NCBI GenBank assembly: GCA_965223295.1
Contig: CBDCWC010000003.1
Location: 320,001 to 384,000 of the forward strand
Length of the DNA stretch: 64,000 nucleotides
DNA from: Nitrospirales bacterium
GTDB lineage: Bacteria; Nitrospirota; Nitrospiria; Nitrospirales; UBA8639
Direction: 5' to 3'
Below are positions 20,720 to 31,840 of this stretch, piece by piece. Under the pieces are notes generated by a model, which saw only the letters and a program-made list of their open reading frames with translations, did no database searches and had not been told where the DNA came from. Position 1 is the first letter of the stretch; each line of letters opens with the position of its first letter. The position numbers and the translations under genes are program-made.

Positions 20720-23700
20720 GCGAAGCCTTTTGCCTACGGAAAGCGCGGTAGGCTCGTGCCAGAGGTAGCCCATAGGCACGAGACCAGGAAGGATGATGCT
20801 GAAATCGACAAGCCGAGGCATACTGACAGTTTTGACAATGGACACCAGACATCATGAAAAACTGCCCGGTACGAATCCCCTGCACCCATGCCCGAAGTGT
20901 GTTACTCAGTTGCACCCCTGTCGCCGTATTCCACACGTCCCCTGAAAAGGAGGCCGAACGCACGGACTCCTCTTGCATAGGCCGCAAGTAGCGGAACTCC
21001 ACCGAGTGCATGGGAACGCAGCCTGACTCATCATGTGCTGAATTCTCTTCCTTTGGCAGTGGTCGCATGAGGGAATACAAAGGGGGCTGCAACCGCCGGC
21101 CTTGAAGAGCTTTCGTCACCAGATCCAATTCATCATCCTGAAACATCCGGCGCATGGAAACCTTATAATCCACAATACGAATCCCTGAATGACCCTGTGC
21201 CGTATCAACTCGATCAAATCGGCCACGAATTTTGAGCAACTCATGCGGTGCCTCTACATCATCACTCAACTCTCCGGCCGCTTCCACCTCAAAGCTATGC
21301 GACACTAAACCATGTTCGATATGCTCGCGTTGGTCATACTCAATCATCGCCAACATCATGCCAGTCAAACGCACATTCATCCAATCCCAAATAAGGCGAT
21401 ACCCTCTCCCAAATTTTCGTGCATGGACCTCACACACTTGAGACATCTGTTTCACGAGAAGAACCTCTATCTTCTCGGAGCTGATAAGCTGTTGCGGCCA
21501 CCCCTCTTGCAACAGAGCTTGATACACATTACAAAGCACCTGATGCACAAGTTCCCCCCAGACACGGCTGGGAAGCTCTGTTGACAAGCAATCCTGAAGT
21601 TCTCCAACCTGTAGCACCTGTTTCATCCAATAACGCATGGGACATTGGGCATAGGTGCCCAATGCCGTTGGTGAAAGACCACGCGCAACCAGATCCAGCC
21701 AATATTCCTGTGAGTCATCGATGATGCCATCATAGGGTCCAGCTTTTCCTCGACTCCTCTCTAGATGCGGAATCACTCTCATTCCCTCATGAAAGATACT
21801 CCACCATGGAGACCCTTCAGGTGCCTTAGGCTGAAAAGTATGTCCTTCGAGGACACCGCGCACACGTGACTCTAGCGCAGTTTCACTCTGCGACGGCCAC
21901 AATCCAACTCGCGCTCGTTCACTCAAGCTGCTAGGCAAACTTTGTTCTGTATCAAATCGCGGCAGATCCATGCCATGGAGAGAACCCCGCAGGAGAGAGG
22001 AGGGAATCAATGAGCGTCCATCCTGATCAGCCCGCTGACACACAAGATAGAGATACTCTTGAGCCGACTGTTGAAGCAGACTAAACAACAACTGCTCTTC
22101 ATCAAAGCCCTTAAGTTTTTCATCAATTTTATAGCCTAAACTTTCGGCTAACACCTTTCGATCCCAGTCACGTAAAAAGGCATCTTCCCGTACAATCCGT
22201 GGAAACACATGATCGTTCATTCCCACAATAAATAAGGCTTTGAAAGGACGCCCGCGAGCCGCCATCACATCTAACACTTGCACTCCCATTTCCGCTTGTC
22301 CTGACAGAGAGAGTACAGCTTTTTCTAATGCCGCTCGAAACACATTCGCCCATTGTTCCCAGGTCACCTGACGACCTAACTGGTCAAGTTGCCGGACTGA
22401 CGCTAGTACTTGTTCAAACCCATATTGCAAACGCACATTTCGCTCGTCGAGTATGCCAGCATCTGTTGAAGACGACGGATTTTCTGAAAACCAGGCATAT
22501 TTTTTGACGAAGATTTCATAGGCTTCAGTTAACTCTCCCACGGAGCCGGATACAGGAAGAGCACGACAATCAAACAAAAGTTCCGCAACAGCTTCCGCAA
22601 ACACTTGCAATGAATCGGAAACTTCCTCTACTGATAGATCACAATGTTCCTGCCATTCTTGAACTGCCGCAGGATCTCCAGCCACAGAGGCAAGCCGCTC
22701 CCAATCTTCATCACCTCTGACGAGACGAAAATAATGGACCGCCTGCACCCACACATGTGAACATCCCTGAAAAGACCGCCCGGCCTTGGACCTTCCAGGA
22801 AACCATGGTGAAGTCAGCACGTCCAACATCTGCCGCCAATGAAACCGATCTTCACGAAGTCCAGCCAATATCCACCAGACTTTCGCCAGCGGTTCTTCTA
22901 ACAAGGGCCGGGTTGCCGTCGTCCAATAAGGAATGTGATGAGCATTGAAGATTCTCGTAAGATCTGCGGAGTAAGGTTCAAGGCTTCGAGCTACGACTCC
23001 AATTTCGTGCCACGCATAACCAACCTGTTCACGATGCTGAACAATCGCTTTGCAGATGTACGTCAATTCACCTTCCGCGCCAACGGCATTAACGATTTGC
23101 ACTTGGGGAGTCCAACGTTCAACATGGCTTTCTGATTCAATTTCTTTATCTGCGGCAACCGATTGGTGCACGACACCAGCCTTCAGAAGATGCCGATCAA
23201 AAAATCGTTGTGCAAATTGAAACGACTCGCCCTCACCAAGAGGAAAAAAAACGGAAACCGTTGAGTGACGAGCCACTTCTTCTAGCAGCGTCAACTGCAC
23301 TTGGTTAATATCGTAGAATCCGTAATACAAAATTTCGGAAAGGCGAGCAAGGTAAAGGGAATACGGAATCCACGGAATGACCGCATGAGCCAGATCATCA
23401 GGCAACCCCACTGCAAGTTGACGGCTCCATGCCTGAAGCCTTTCATGCAGACGAAACACACCTTCCAGTCGTTCAGAAGCGGCTTCGTCAAACAGACCTT
23501 CTTGTAGACCCCGAAGTGCGACATGAGGCTCTACCTGCGCTTCCTGCAAATCCCGAATGGTTCGCCATAAAGCCTGGCACATTCCCAACGATCCCGCCCG
23601 CGATGCAAAGGGATTCGACCCGACGGGGTCTTCCTGCAAGAGATGAGATACGGCATAGTCAAAAAATATGTCGTCAACAAGCTCAACAGGGGAACCCACC

Positions 23701-23954
23701 ATGTACCCTTGACCGGTCACGCTCCGCTCAGCATCTAGACGCAATGCGAATTGATGAAAGGTTAAATAATGCACATCAAACAGGGCACACTTATGCTCGA
23801 CACTCAATAACCATTGAAGACGTCGTCGTAATGACTCAGAAGGAACAACGATAGCAAGAGGAGTTCGAGCGTCAGCAGATTTAATTCGCCGAACAACTTC
23901 AACCAAGCGAGATTCTAAATAGGGATGGAAAGGGCCACTGTGAAGAGTAAACAT
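20712..23954 (-). CDS. addB: AddB-like inactive helicase scaffold plus PD-(D/E)XK nuclease with Fe-S cysteines
   Basis: SPTALGTYAQCP, GRFDRVD, VDYK, CQNCQYASAC; adjacent to addA. Confidence 0.82.
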   Translation of the reverse strand: MFTLHSGPFHPYLESRLVEVVRRIKSADARTPLAIVVPSESLRRRLQWLLSVEHKCALFDVHYLTFHQFALRLDAERSVTGQGYMVGSPVELVDDIFFDYAVSHLLQEDPVGSNPFASRAGSLGMCQALWRTIRDLQEAQVEPHVALRGLQEGLFDEAASERLEGVFRLHERLQAWSRQLAVGLPDDLAHAVIPWIPYSLYLARLSEILYYGFYDINQVQLTLLEEVARHSTVSVFFPLGEGESFQFAQRFFDRHLLKAGVVHQSVAADKEIESESHVERWTPQVQIVNAVGAEGELTYICKAIVQHREQVGYAWHEIGVVARSLEPYSADLTRIFNAHHIPYWTTATRPLLEEPLAKVWWILAGLREDRFHWRQMLDVLTSPWFPGRSKAGRSFQGCSHVWVQAVHYFRLVRGDEDWERLASVAGDPAAVQEWQEHCDLSVEEVSDSLQVFAEAVAELLFDCRALPVSGSVGELTEAYEIFVKKYAWFSENPSSSTDAGILDERNVRLQYGFEQVLASVRQLDQLGRQVTWEQWANVFRAALEKAVLSLSGQAEMGVQVLDVMAARGRPFKALFIVGMNDHVFPRIVREDAFLRDWDRKVLAESLGYKIDEKLKGFDEEQLLFSLLQQSAQEYLYLVCQRADQDGRSLIPSSLLRGSLHGMDLPRFDTEQSLPSSLSERARVGLWPSQSETALESRVRGVLEGHTFQPKAPEGSPWWSIFHEGMRVIPHLERSRGKAGPYDGIIDDSQEYWLDLVARGLSPTALGTYAQCPMRYWMKQVLQVGELQDCLSTELPSRVWGELVHQVLCNVYQALLQEGWPQQLISSEKIEVLLVKQMSQVCEVHARKFGRGYRLIWDWMNVRLTGMMLAMIEYDQREHIEHGLVSHSFEVEAAGELSDDVEAPHELLKIRGRFDRVDTAQGHSGIRIVDYKVSMRRMFQDDELDLVTKALQGRRLQPPLYSLMRPLPKEENSAHDESGCVPMHSVEFRYLRPMQEESVRSASFSGDVWNTATGVQLSNTLRAWVQGIRTGQFFMMSGVHCQNCQYASACRFQHHPSWSRAYGLPLARAYRAFRRQKASHV

Positions 23955-24016
23955 TTAGACTGCGACCATATCAAATTGGTCACAAAAAGAGGAAAGGATC
24001 CAACTGACAGGAGAGT

Positions 24017-24187
24017 TCAACCAGTTTCAGGACCGATCAATTCGCCATTACAATCAGGGCATCCCCAATCACCGTCAATGCGCGACATGGGGTCGCCACA
24101 AAATGGACATTCCGGTGGAGGTCCGGAATCAACGACAGGGAAAATAGGGAGTTCAATATCTAATTCAGGTTCGTCATCATCATACAT
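24017..24187 (-). CDS. 56-aa acidic zinc-ribbon protein (not in ORF track)
   Basis: Translated by hand: MYDDDEPELDIELPIFPVVDSGPPPECPFCGDPMSRIDGDWGCPDCNGELIGPETG*. Two CPxC motifs; GAGGAAG RBS inside the upstream gene's end. Confidence 0.8.
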   Translation of the reverse strand: MYDDDEPELDIELPIFPVVDSGPPPECPFCGDPMSRIDGDWGCPDCNGELIGPETG

Positions 24188-24196
24188 AGCGCAAGT

Positions 24197-24475
24197 CTAC
24201 TCTTCCTCAGCCTTCTTTTTGGGTTTTGCCTTTGCCTTAATCGCTTTCTCAGCGCTTTCCCGCGGCGGCACCCCAATGAAGGTTAAACGCCCATTTATAA
24301 TCGTCGCCGGCACTGCCCGAATCGAATGCCGTTCCGCTAATTCTTGCCCCGGCTCGGAAGAAATATCAATTTCTCGATAGGTAAAACTATATTTCACTTT
24401 CATCCCCTTCCACATCGTTTTCGCGGAAGGACAGGCCGAACAGGACTTCGAGACCAACAGCGTCACATTTGCCAT
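24197..24475 (-). CDS. Thioredoxin/glutaredoxin-like protein
   Basis: CSAC motif, IRAVP cis-Pro, IING..FIGVP; ATG 24475 after AAGGGAG. Confidence 0.85.
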   Translation of the reverse strand: MANVTLLVSKSCSACPSAKTMWKGMKVKYSFTYREIDISSEPGQELAERHSIRAVPATIINGRLTFIGVPPRESAEKAIKAKAKPKKKAEEE

Positions 24476-24664
24476 ACCCCAACACTCCCTTTCACTTAAC
24501 AAAATAAAAGATTATGTTAGCATCGAAGAAAAGAGGCGAGCAAGGATAACGGAAATATCCTTATTCAAACAAAGAATCGGATTCGAAGAAGAAAACCGAC
24601 GAGAGAAGCATAGAACATCACTCTATGACTTGGAACAGTGTGTCTCCTCATGCTACGTTTGTGG

Positions 24665-27235
24665 TTAATTCCACAATCGTTGCCAGTTGGCCCATTCATG
24701 TTTCCAAATTCTGACATTGAGAGGAACAGGAATAAACTCATGTTGCTTTGCAGTGATGATATGCATTTGGGGTGAATCAAGAGAAGCTTCAATGACAATC
24801 GCACCATCACGATCTGTCCGGTAGATGGGGAAACCTTGCTCTACATAGGCGTCAATGACCTCAGCAGCTGGATGCCCATAGCGATTGTGAGATCCAACCG
24901 ACATCACCATAGCTTGAGACTTAATCTGATTGATCCAACCATGATGCAAGGAACTCTTGGCTCCATGATGCGGAATTTTCACAATGGTCGCCGAATGCCC
25001 CTGCGTTTCGTGCTGTAGCTGTTCTAGGGCTTGCTGTTCAGCATCTGCCGTGAATAAGACCGAATGCCTTCCACATTCCAGCCGAATGACCAGTGAACGA
25101 TTGTTCAACTCTGCTCCACTCATCTCATGTGTTGAAACAAGCATGACTGGGTTATTCCTCGCCAATGGACTCAACACCGCCAGCGAACAGGGCCCAGATC
25201 CAATGATGTCGGATCCTGCTCCAATCACGCGGTCGTCAAGATCAGAGGCGTCGACGGCCATCTGAAGCCGTTGGAAAAATTCTCTGGATCGTACAACGCC
25301 GTTACTCCAATATTTTCCTACATGAAAATTTTCTAAGACCCACGGGAGTCCCCCCACATGATCCCATTGCGGATGCGTGGCTACAATATGATCAATGCGA
25401 TGGATACCCTGATTCCAGAGATACGGGCCAATAACTGCCCGTCCCATATCTAAGCGACGATATCTAGGCCCGCCATCAATTAAGACGGTTTGACCATCTG
25501 GCAACTCCAGAACCGTCGCATCTCCCTGCCCCACATCTAAAAAAGTTACGCGTAGGACGCCTGGCTCCCAATTCGTTCGAGGAGACCACGCCCACCATAT
25601 CAAAATTGCGACTAATCCGGTTACGCAACTCCATCGTATGGTTGGCCGATGTGGTAATAACATGATCCCCGCCAACATGCCCCAAAACAGAAGCATTAAA
25701 CTTATAGAAGGGGATGCCACATGCCATTCCGCATATGGTACAGAGGACAGCCACACAACTGTGTGAGCAAAAAGGTCAAAGATCCATTGATTGACCTGTT
25801 CCAGAGGAAGGTTTTCCGCTCCACTCACTAACACACCAAGACCTGTCAGAAAACCAATTGGAATAACCAAGATTCCGACCATAGGCACAATCACCATGTT
25901 AGTCACCAGACCTAACCATGGAATTTGATGAAAGTAGAACGCCACCAACGGCAAAGTCGTCAGGCTCACCGCTAATGTCATGAACCAGGCAAGCTTGCCT
26001 TTTTCTTGTAAACTGACGAACCATTTTGAGAGTCTAGAATGGTCAGCCCCTTTCCGTTTGTCTGCGTTCAGTTCCTCAGTTTTTCTGCCCAACCACACCA
26101 TCCCAATGGCGGCCACCGAAAGATAGGACAACTGGAAAGAAATATCATGTATGGCTTCCGGATGAGGCAACAGCATCAACAATGCTGCAACCGCTAAGGC
26201 CGTGATCAGATTGCGTTCCCGCCCTAACCATATCCCGAAACACGCCACCACAATCATGATCCAGGATCTCACGGTCGCCATTTCTGCCCCGGCCAGAAGC
26301 ATATAGAAGGAAACTACCGGCAATGTGATCAAAACTGCACATTGCGTCGCTGTGAGATGAATGGAGACACGTTCCAACCAAGACGCTGGCAGTCGGTGAA
26401 TGCCCCATCGTGTTCCGGCGAAAACAACCAGCGCTAAAAGCCCAAGATGGGATCCGGAAATGGAAAGAATATGTACCGTCCCACTGGCCATAAACGCGTC
26501 GCGGATACCTTGATCGATATAGCTTTGCTCTCCAAGAATCATCCCTAAAAATAAACCCAATGCAGGATTGGAGAGGCTTTTCGTAGCCGCGTGATGAATA
26601 GATTGGCGTCCTTCATCTATCATTCTCAGCAGAGTGACTCCTAACGAATGTGACCGTGAGGCTGACACATTGATAGCTCCTGGTCCATAGACTGTCGCAA
26701 CAGCGTGAATACCTTTTTGCTTCAGATATTCACCATACTGAAAACCTCCCGGATTACGCGTCCCATACGGCTCTCGCAACCGCGCCCTCACATTCACATG
26801 ATCCCCATACACCAAGGAGACATTGGGTTCTCGCCAGGAAAGACGGACCCGACCCTCCGTGGGATCCGCCTGTCCATTGGACATGATAGACTCCACCTCT
26901 ACAAGCAGAATGACGCCATCCGGCGTTCGACGAACAGGGGCATCAATGACACCCTGAAACGTGACCGGCTGGTCGGTGGAAAATTCCAAGAGAGAAGAGT
27001 CTACCCGGCTCAAAACCGCCCAATGGGCTTGGCCTATCCCAGCGATGAACACGGCAAAGAACAAGACTCCTCCCCATCGGGAAAGAATTCTTCGTTGTTC
27101 AAGCCAGGTTAAAAGTAGACCGCAACTAAGAAGTGCCCCAAGAAAAGAAAGGGGAAATTGGGAGAGAAACGGGCCGAACCACAGCCCGACCAGATAGGCA
27201 CCCACTCCAAGCTGAATCACATAATTCAAAGCCAA
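24665..27235 (-). CDS. comEC: DNA uptake competence protein ComEC/Rec2
   Basis: HILSISGSH, ISFQLSY, DVGQGD, THPQWDH, KIPHHG, NRYGHP. Confidence 0.93.
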   Translation of the reverse strand: MALNYVIQLGVGAYLVGLWFGPFLSQFPLSFLGALLSCGLLLTWLEQRRILSRWGGVLFFAVFIAGIGQAHWAVLSRVDSSLLEFSTDQPVTFQGVIDAPVRRTPDGVILLVEVESIMSNGQADPTEGRVRLSWREPNVSLVYGDHVNVRARLREPYGTRNPGGFQYGEYLKQKGIHAVATVYGPGAINVSASRSHSLGVTLLRMIDEGRQSIHHAATKSLSNPALGLFLGMILGEQSYIDQGIRDAFMASGTVHILSISGSHLGLLALVVFAGTRWGIHRLPASWLERVSIHLTATQCAVLITLPVVSFYMLLAGAEMATVRSWIMIVVACFGIWLGRERNLITALAVAALLMLLPHPEAIHDISFQLSYLSVAAIGMVWLGRKTEELNADKRKGADHSRLSKWFVSLQEKGKLAWFMTLAVSLTTLPLVAFYFHQIPWLGLVTNMVIVPMVGILVIPIGFLTGLGVLVSGAENLPLEQVNQWIFDLFAHTVVWLSSVPYAEWHVASPSISLMLLFWGMLAGIMLLPHRPTIRWSCVTGLVAILIWWAWSPRTNWEPGVLRVTFLDVGQGDATVLELPDGQTVLIDGGPRYRRLDMGRAVIGPYLWNQGIHRIDHIVATHPQWDHVGGLPWVLENFHVGKYWSNGVVRSREFFQRLQMAVDASDLDDRVIGAGSDIIGSGPCSLAVLSPLARNNPVMLVSTHEMSGAELNNRSLVIRLECGRHSVLFTADAEQQALEQLQHETQGHSATIVKIPHHGAKSSLHHGWINQIKSQAMVMSVGSHNRYGHPAAEVIDAYVEQGFPIYRTDRDGAIVIEASLDSPQMHIITAKQHEFIPVPLNVRIWKHEWANWQRLWN

Positions 27236-27238
27236 AAA

Positions 27239-28591
27239 TTAATGGATACATGATTTCACCACATTGGCTAAATCTTCGGCAATCTCTTGAATAACGGTAG
27301 CATCTTGCCCTTCCACCATGACCCGTAGCAGAGGTTCTGTTCCTGAATACCGCACTAGAACACGCCCCGTACCATTGAGCTGCTGTTCTTTATCCTGAAT
27401 CACTTGTTGGAGGACGGGCAAGGACTCTAAAGCTGGTTTATGGGGCACTTTGACCCCCAGCAAGACTTGTGGGCTGGCCTGCATACATTGAGCAATTTCC
27501 GATAGAGGTTTCTGTGCACGTGTCATGAGCTTCAGCATTTGTAGTCCAGTAATCAGACCATCCCCGCTGGTATGATAATCCATGAAAATCATGTGGCCGG
27601 ATTGCTCCCCACCTAAATTATACTCATCAGCCACCATACGCTCTAAGATATACCGATCCCCTACAGCCGTGCGAACCAATGTAATCCCGGCTTCCCGCAT
27701 ACACATGTCAAAGCCAAAGTTGCTCATGACCGTTCCTACGACCGTGTCTTTCTTGAGCCGCCCTAACCGCTTGAGATCCAAGGCAAACGCGGCTAAGGCA
27801 TGATCCCCATCCACCACTTGTCCTTTTTCACACACAAACATGGCTCGATCAGCATCACCATCCAATGCGATGCCAATATCGGCTTTTCGGTCCCGCACCA
27901 TTTGTTGGAGCCGTTCTGGATGCACCGCCCCACATCCATCGTTAATGTTCAGCCCATCCGGTTCGTTCCCTGTTACCCAAACCTTTGCACCGAGTTCACG
28001 GATAACTTTGGGAAACACGTGATATCCAGCGCCATTCGCACAGTCCAAGACTACTCTTAACTGTTGAAAATCCATTTCCCGTGGCAAGGAACGTTTGACA
28101 AACTCAATATACCGGCCTTCTGCATCATCAATACGAAACGCTTTGCCAATCGCATCGGCTGTCGGGCGAATATGATCAATTTCATGGGAGAGAATAAGGT
28201 CTTCGATACGCTTCTCCACGTCATCAGGCAATTTCATGCCATTATTTGAAAAAAACTTAATGCCATTATCCTGATAAGGATTGTGGGAGGCGGAAATCAT
28301 GACTCCGGCATCCGCTCGAAGACTTTTGGCTAAAAAAGCAATGGCCGGTGTCGGCAACGGACCAACAAGGAGGACATCGACTCCCATGGAACAGAGACCT
28401 GCCGTTAATGCCGATTCCAGCATGTACCCGGATATGCGAGTATCTTTGCCAATAATAATTTGATGACGGCCTTCTTCCCGCTTTCGGAAGACATGTGCAG
28501 CGGCTCGACCGACTTTCATCGCCATTTCACTGGTCATCGGATCCTGGTTTGCTACACCCCGGACCCCATCTGTCCCAAATAGTCGTCCCAT
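27239..28591 (-). CDS. glmM: Phosphoglucosamine mutase
   Basis: FGTDGVRG, ISASHNP, DGDADR, GGEQSGH, RYSGTEP. Confidence 0.97.
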   Translation of the reverse strand: MGRLFGTDGVRGVANQDPMTSEMAMKVGRAAAHVFRKREEGRHQIIIGKDTRISGYMLESALTAGLCSMGVDVLLVGPLPTPAIAFLAKSLRADAGVMISASHNPYQDNGIKFFSNNGMKLPDDVEKRIEDLILSHEIDHIRPTADAIGKAFRIDDAEGRYIEFVKRSLPREMDFQQLRVVLDCANGAGYHVFPKVIRELGAKVWVTGNEPDGLNINDGCGAVHPERLQQMVRDRKADIGIALDGDADRAMFVCEKGQVVDGDHALAAFALDLKRLGRLKKDTVVGTVMSNFGFDMCMREAGITLVRTAVGDRYILERMVADEYNLGGEQSGHMIFMDYHTSGDGLITGLQMLKLMTRAQKPLSEIAQCMQASPQVLLGVKVPHKPALESLPVLQQVIQDKEQQLNGTGRVLVRYSGTEPLLRVMVEGQDATVIQEIAEDLANVVKSCIH

Positions 28592-28633
28592 ATTGTTCTT
28601 CTTTCTATATTGGATAGAAAAAGAGCGTTACTA

Positions 28634-29494
28634 TTACTTTTCGCACGAATTTCGCAAAGCTTGAGCCACGAGAGTCACATCCTTCATCGCGGCCACATCA
28701 TGAACCCTCAAAATATGAGCACCCTGCCAAACAGCCATGGCTGTTGCGGAAGCATTGGCCATTTCCCGTTCAACCACAGGTTTTCCCGTCAATTCTCCAA
28801 GAAAGCCCTTCCGGGAAAAACCAATCATAAGTGGCTGTTCTAATTCAAGAAAATCCCCAAGATTCGCTAAAATCTTAAGATTATGAGAACAGGTTTTTCC
28901 AAACCCAATACCTGGATCGACGATAATATGATCAAGTGGAATCCCGTGTGATTGAGCCCTAGCTACCTGCTTGGCTAAAAAACTTTTGACCTCATCTACA
29001 ACGTCCTCATAATAAGGAGAATTCTGCATGGTGACACTATGACCTTGCCGATGCATAAGCACGACGGCCGCGCCAGCGTCTCGAACAACCTGCGGCATAC
29101 AAGAATCATCTTGCAACGCGCTCACATCATTCACAATGGAGGCCCCACAATCCACGGCCATCTGAGCGACAGCCGCCTTTCGTGTATCAATAGAGAGAAC
29201 AGCTTTCGTCTGTTTTCCTAACGCCTTCATGATAGGACCAATTCGCCGTAGTTCTTCTTTTTCATCGACATATAAGGACCCAGGTTTTGTGGATTCTCCT
29301 CCAATATCAATAATATCTGCGCCCTCATCGATCATTTTCTGAGCCTGATCGACTGCATCGACTGGATCAATATACCGGTTTCCATCAGAAAATGAATCTG
29401 GGGTCACATTCAGAATTCCCATCATGAGAACATGGGAGTCCAAAGGAAGAGTTCTTTCGCAGCAACGAATTTCAGGGAAAGCTAATGCTGTCAT
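28634..29494 (-). CDS. folP: Dihydropteroate synthase
   Basis: MGILNVTPDSFSDG, IGGEST, DPGIGFGK, SRK, RVHDV. Confidence 0.97.
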   Translation of the reverse strand: MTALAFPEIRCCERTLPLDSHVLMMGILNVTPDSFSDGNRYIDPVDAVDQAQKMIDEGADIIDIGGESTKPGSLYVDEKEELRRIGPIMKALGKQTKAVLSIDTRKAAVAQMAVDCGASIVNDVSALQDDSCMPQVVRDAGAAVVLMHRQGHSVTMQNSPYYEDVVDEVKSFLAKQVARAQSHGIPLDHIIVDPGIGFGKTCSHNLKILANLGDFLELEQPLMIGFSRKGFLGELTGKPVVEREMANASATAMAVWQGAHILRVHDVAAMKDVTLVAQALRNSCEK

Positions 29495-29505
29495 TTTCGC
29501 CCTTT

Positions 29506-29762
29506 GGAGTGTTGAACAATGAAGATATCAAAGGCCATATTTCACCACGGAGCCCTTCGTGATCAACAATCTCGGGTCTGTTCAAAAAAGTCCGTCCAGC
29601 AAGGCCACAGCCATTTTTGCGCGCGGAGCGTCCTGGCATGACGTGAGCACAGGAAAATGGCGACCCGCCTGTGCGAAGCCGCTTTCAGCCTTCGTAGTCA
29701 CTACGGCGAAGTAGGCCCGGAGAAGGCAGGGAACGCCGCTGGCGGCTTTTTTCAACAGATCC
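29506..29762 (-). mobile_element. MITE-like element family A, copy 2, with 67-bp nested insert
   Basis: Reverse-complement homologue of 15612-15802; CCTTT direct repeats; extra sequence at 29664-29730. Confidence 0.85.
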
Positions 29763-29906
29763 CCTTTTGGAGTTGACCAATTCTTGCCACTATTGTTTTG
29801 AAAGCCTAAAGATTCCTAACGTTTTGGTCAACGACAGAGGTACGGAAGAAGAGCCGCCCAAGAATACACGGGAATGTTGTTGGGGGAAGAACTTGAAAAA
29901 AACTGA

Positions 29907-31724
29907 TCAGACGGCAGCAATTTGTTCCAGCGAAGAAGTCTGCTGAACAATTTGATCAATTTCTACACCGTCTAAGACTTCTTTCTCTAACAAGGCTTCG
30001 GCCAGAGCCCGGAGGGTATGGATATGTTCTGTCAGCATTCGCGTGGTTCGCTCGTATGATTCAACGACAAGCCGTTTGACTTCTTTATCGATCTCCAAGG
30101 CCACTTGATCACTAAAGTCCCGTTTGGCCCCAAAGTCACGCCCTAAAAACACTTCTTCATCCTTTTTCCCAAAGGTCAATGGACCTAACTTTTCACTCAT
30201 ACCCCATTCACAAACCATTTTTCTGGCTAGATCCGTAGCTCGTTCAATGTCATTACCAGCGCCGGTCGTGACACTTTTGAAAATTAACTCTTCAGCAACG
30301 CGACCCCCGAAAAGAATCGAGAGAGTATTGTACAGAAACTCTTTTGAATAACTATGCCGGTCATCGATAGGTAATTGCATCGTCATACCCAAGGCCCGTC
30401 CACGAGGAATAATCGTGACCTTATGGACAGGGTCCGTTCCGGGAAGCAATTTAGCCATGAGAGCATGCCCCGCCTCATGAAATGCGGTCGTACGCTTCTC
30501 TTCTTCACTCAACACCATACTCTTACGTTCAACTCCCATGAGAACTTTATCTTTGGCATTTTCAAAATCAATCTGATCCACTGATTTTTTATCAAGTCGT
30601 GCCGCCCACAATGCGGCCTCATTGACCAGATTTTCTAAGTCGGCTCCAGAAAACCCAGGAGTCCCTCTAGCAATTTTCTCCATATCTACATCTGGGGAAA
30701 TAGGCACTTTTTTGGTATGCACATTTAAAATTTCAGCACGTCCACGAACATCAGGACGATTCACTACGACCTGGCGGTCAAAACGGCCAGGTCTTAGCAA
30801 CGCAGGGTCCAGCACGTCAGGCCGATTCGTGGCGGCAATCAAAATCACCCCTTCAGTGGTATCAAAACCATCCATTTCAACCAACAACTGGTTCAGCGTT
30901 TGTTCACGTTCATCATGTCCACCACCAAGCCCAGCCCCTCGTAACCGTCCAACCGCATCAATTTCATCGATGAAAATAATACAAGGAGCATGTTTTTTCC
31001 CTTGTTCAAACAAATCACGAACACGAGACGCCCCAACCCCCACGAACATCTCGACAAAATCAGAACCACTGATACTAAAGAAGGGAACACCCGCCTCTCC
31101 GGCAATGGCTTTTGCGAGAAGCGTTTTACCCGTTCCTGGAGGGCCAACAATTAAGACACCCTTAGGAATTCGGCCACCGAGTTTTTGAAATTTTTGAGGA
31201 TCCTTAAGAAACTCAATGATTTCAACCACTTCACCCTTGGCTTCATCGACCCCTGCCACATCAGCAAATGTCACCTTTTTCTTTTCCTCGGTTAACATCC
31301 TGGCTCGGCTTTTTCCAAATGAAAGCGCTCGATTGCCTCCCACTTGCATTTGGCGCATGAGGAAAAACCACAGGCCTAAAAACAGGATAAAGGGTCCCCA
31401 AGAAACCAAAAAGGTGATATACCACGGATTATCTTCTGGCGGTTTGGCTTCGATTTGTACAGATTTTTCGCGTAAGACTTTGACAAGGTCGGGATATTCA
31501 ACGGAATAGGTGTGAATTCGAGTACCATCCCGCAATATTGCACTGATATTATTATGTTTAATAATAACTTTTTCCACATCCCCCCGCTCTAGATGGGCCA
31601 TAAATTCACTAAAGATGACTGGATCTTCAGGATGTTGATTGGGTACCGTAAACAAATTGAACAACAGGATCATAAATAGGCAAACGAATACCCAAAATAA
31701 GAGATTTTTCACCCGAGAATTCAT
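29907..31724 (-). CDS. ftsH: ATP-dependent zinc metalloprotease FtsH
   Basis: 2 [29 protein letters not shown]. Confidence 0.98.
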   Translation of the reverse strand: MNSRVKNLLFWVFVCLFMILLFNLFTVPNQHPEDPVIFSEFMAHLERGDVEKVIIKHNNISAILRDGTRIHTYSVEYPDLVKVLREKSVQIEAKPPEDNPWYITFLVSWGPFILFLGLWFFLMRQMQVGGNRALSFGKSRARMLTEEKKKVTFADVAGVDEAKGEVVEIIEFLKDPQKFQKLGGRIPKGVLIVGPPGTGKTLLAKAIAGEAGVPFFSISGSDFVEMFVGVGASRVRDLFEQGKKHAPCIIFIDEIDAVGRLRGAGLGGGHDEREQTLNQLLVEMDGFDTTEGVILIAATNRPDVLDPALLRPGRFDRQVVVNRPDVRGRAEILNVHTKKVPISPDVDMEKIARGTPGFSGADLENLVNEAALWAARLDKKSVDQIDFENAKDKVLMGVERKSMVLSEEEKRTTAFHEAGHALMAKLLPGTDPVHKVTIIPRGRALGMTMQLPIDDRHSYSKEFLYNTLSILFGGRVAEELIFKSVTTGAGNDIERATDLARKMVCEWGMSEKLGPLTFGKKDEEVFLGRDFGAKRDFSDQVALEIDKEVKRLVVESYERTTRMLTEHIHTLRALAEALLEKEVLDGVEIDQIVQQTSSLEQIAAV

Positions 31725-31799
31725 ATCCAGAACAGCTCCCCTATCAATTCGTTCCTGTCAATGCGGAAGGTAAGGACAAGCCCTTACGACAACCAACTG

Positions 31800-31829
31800 A
31801 TTGTACCATGCATTTTTGAGAACTGACAA
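31800..31829 (-). promoter_or_regulatory. Putative sigma-70 promoter for ftsH
   Basis: TTGTCA-N18-TACAAT with TG extension on the minus strand. Confidence 0.5.
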
Positions 31830-31840
31830 CTATAGACATT

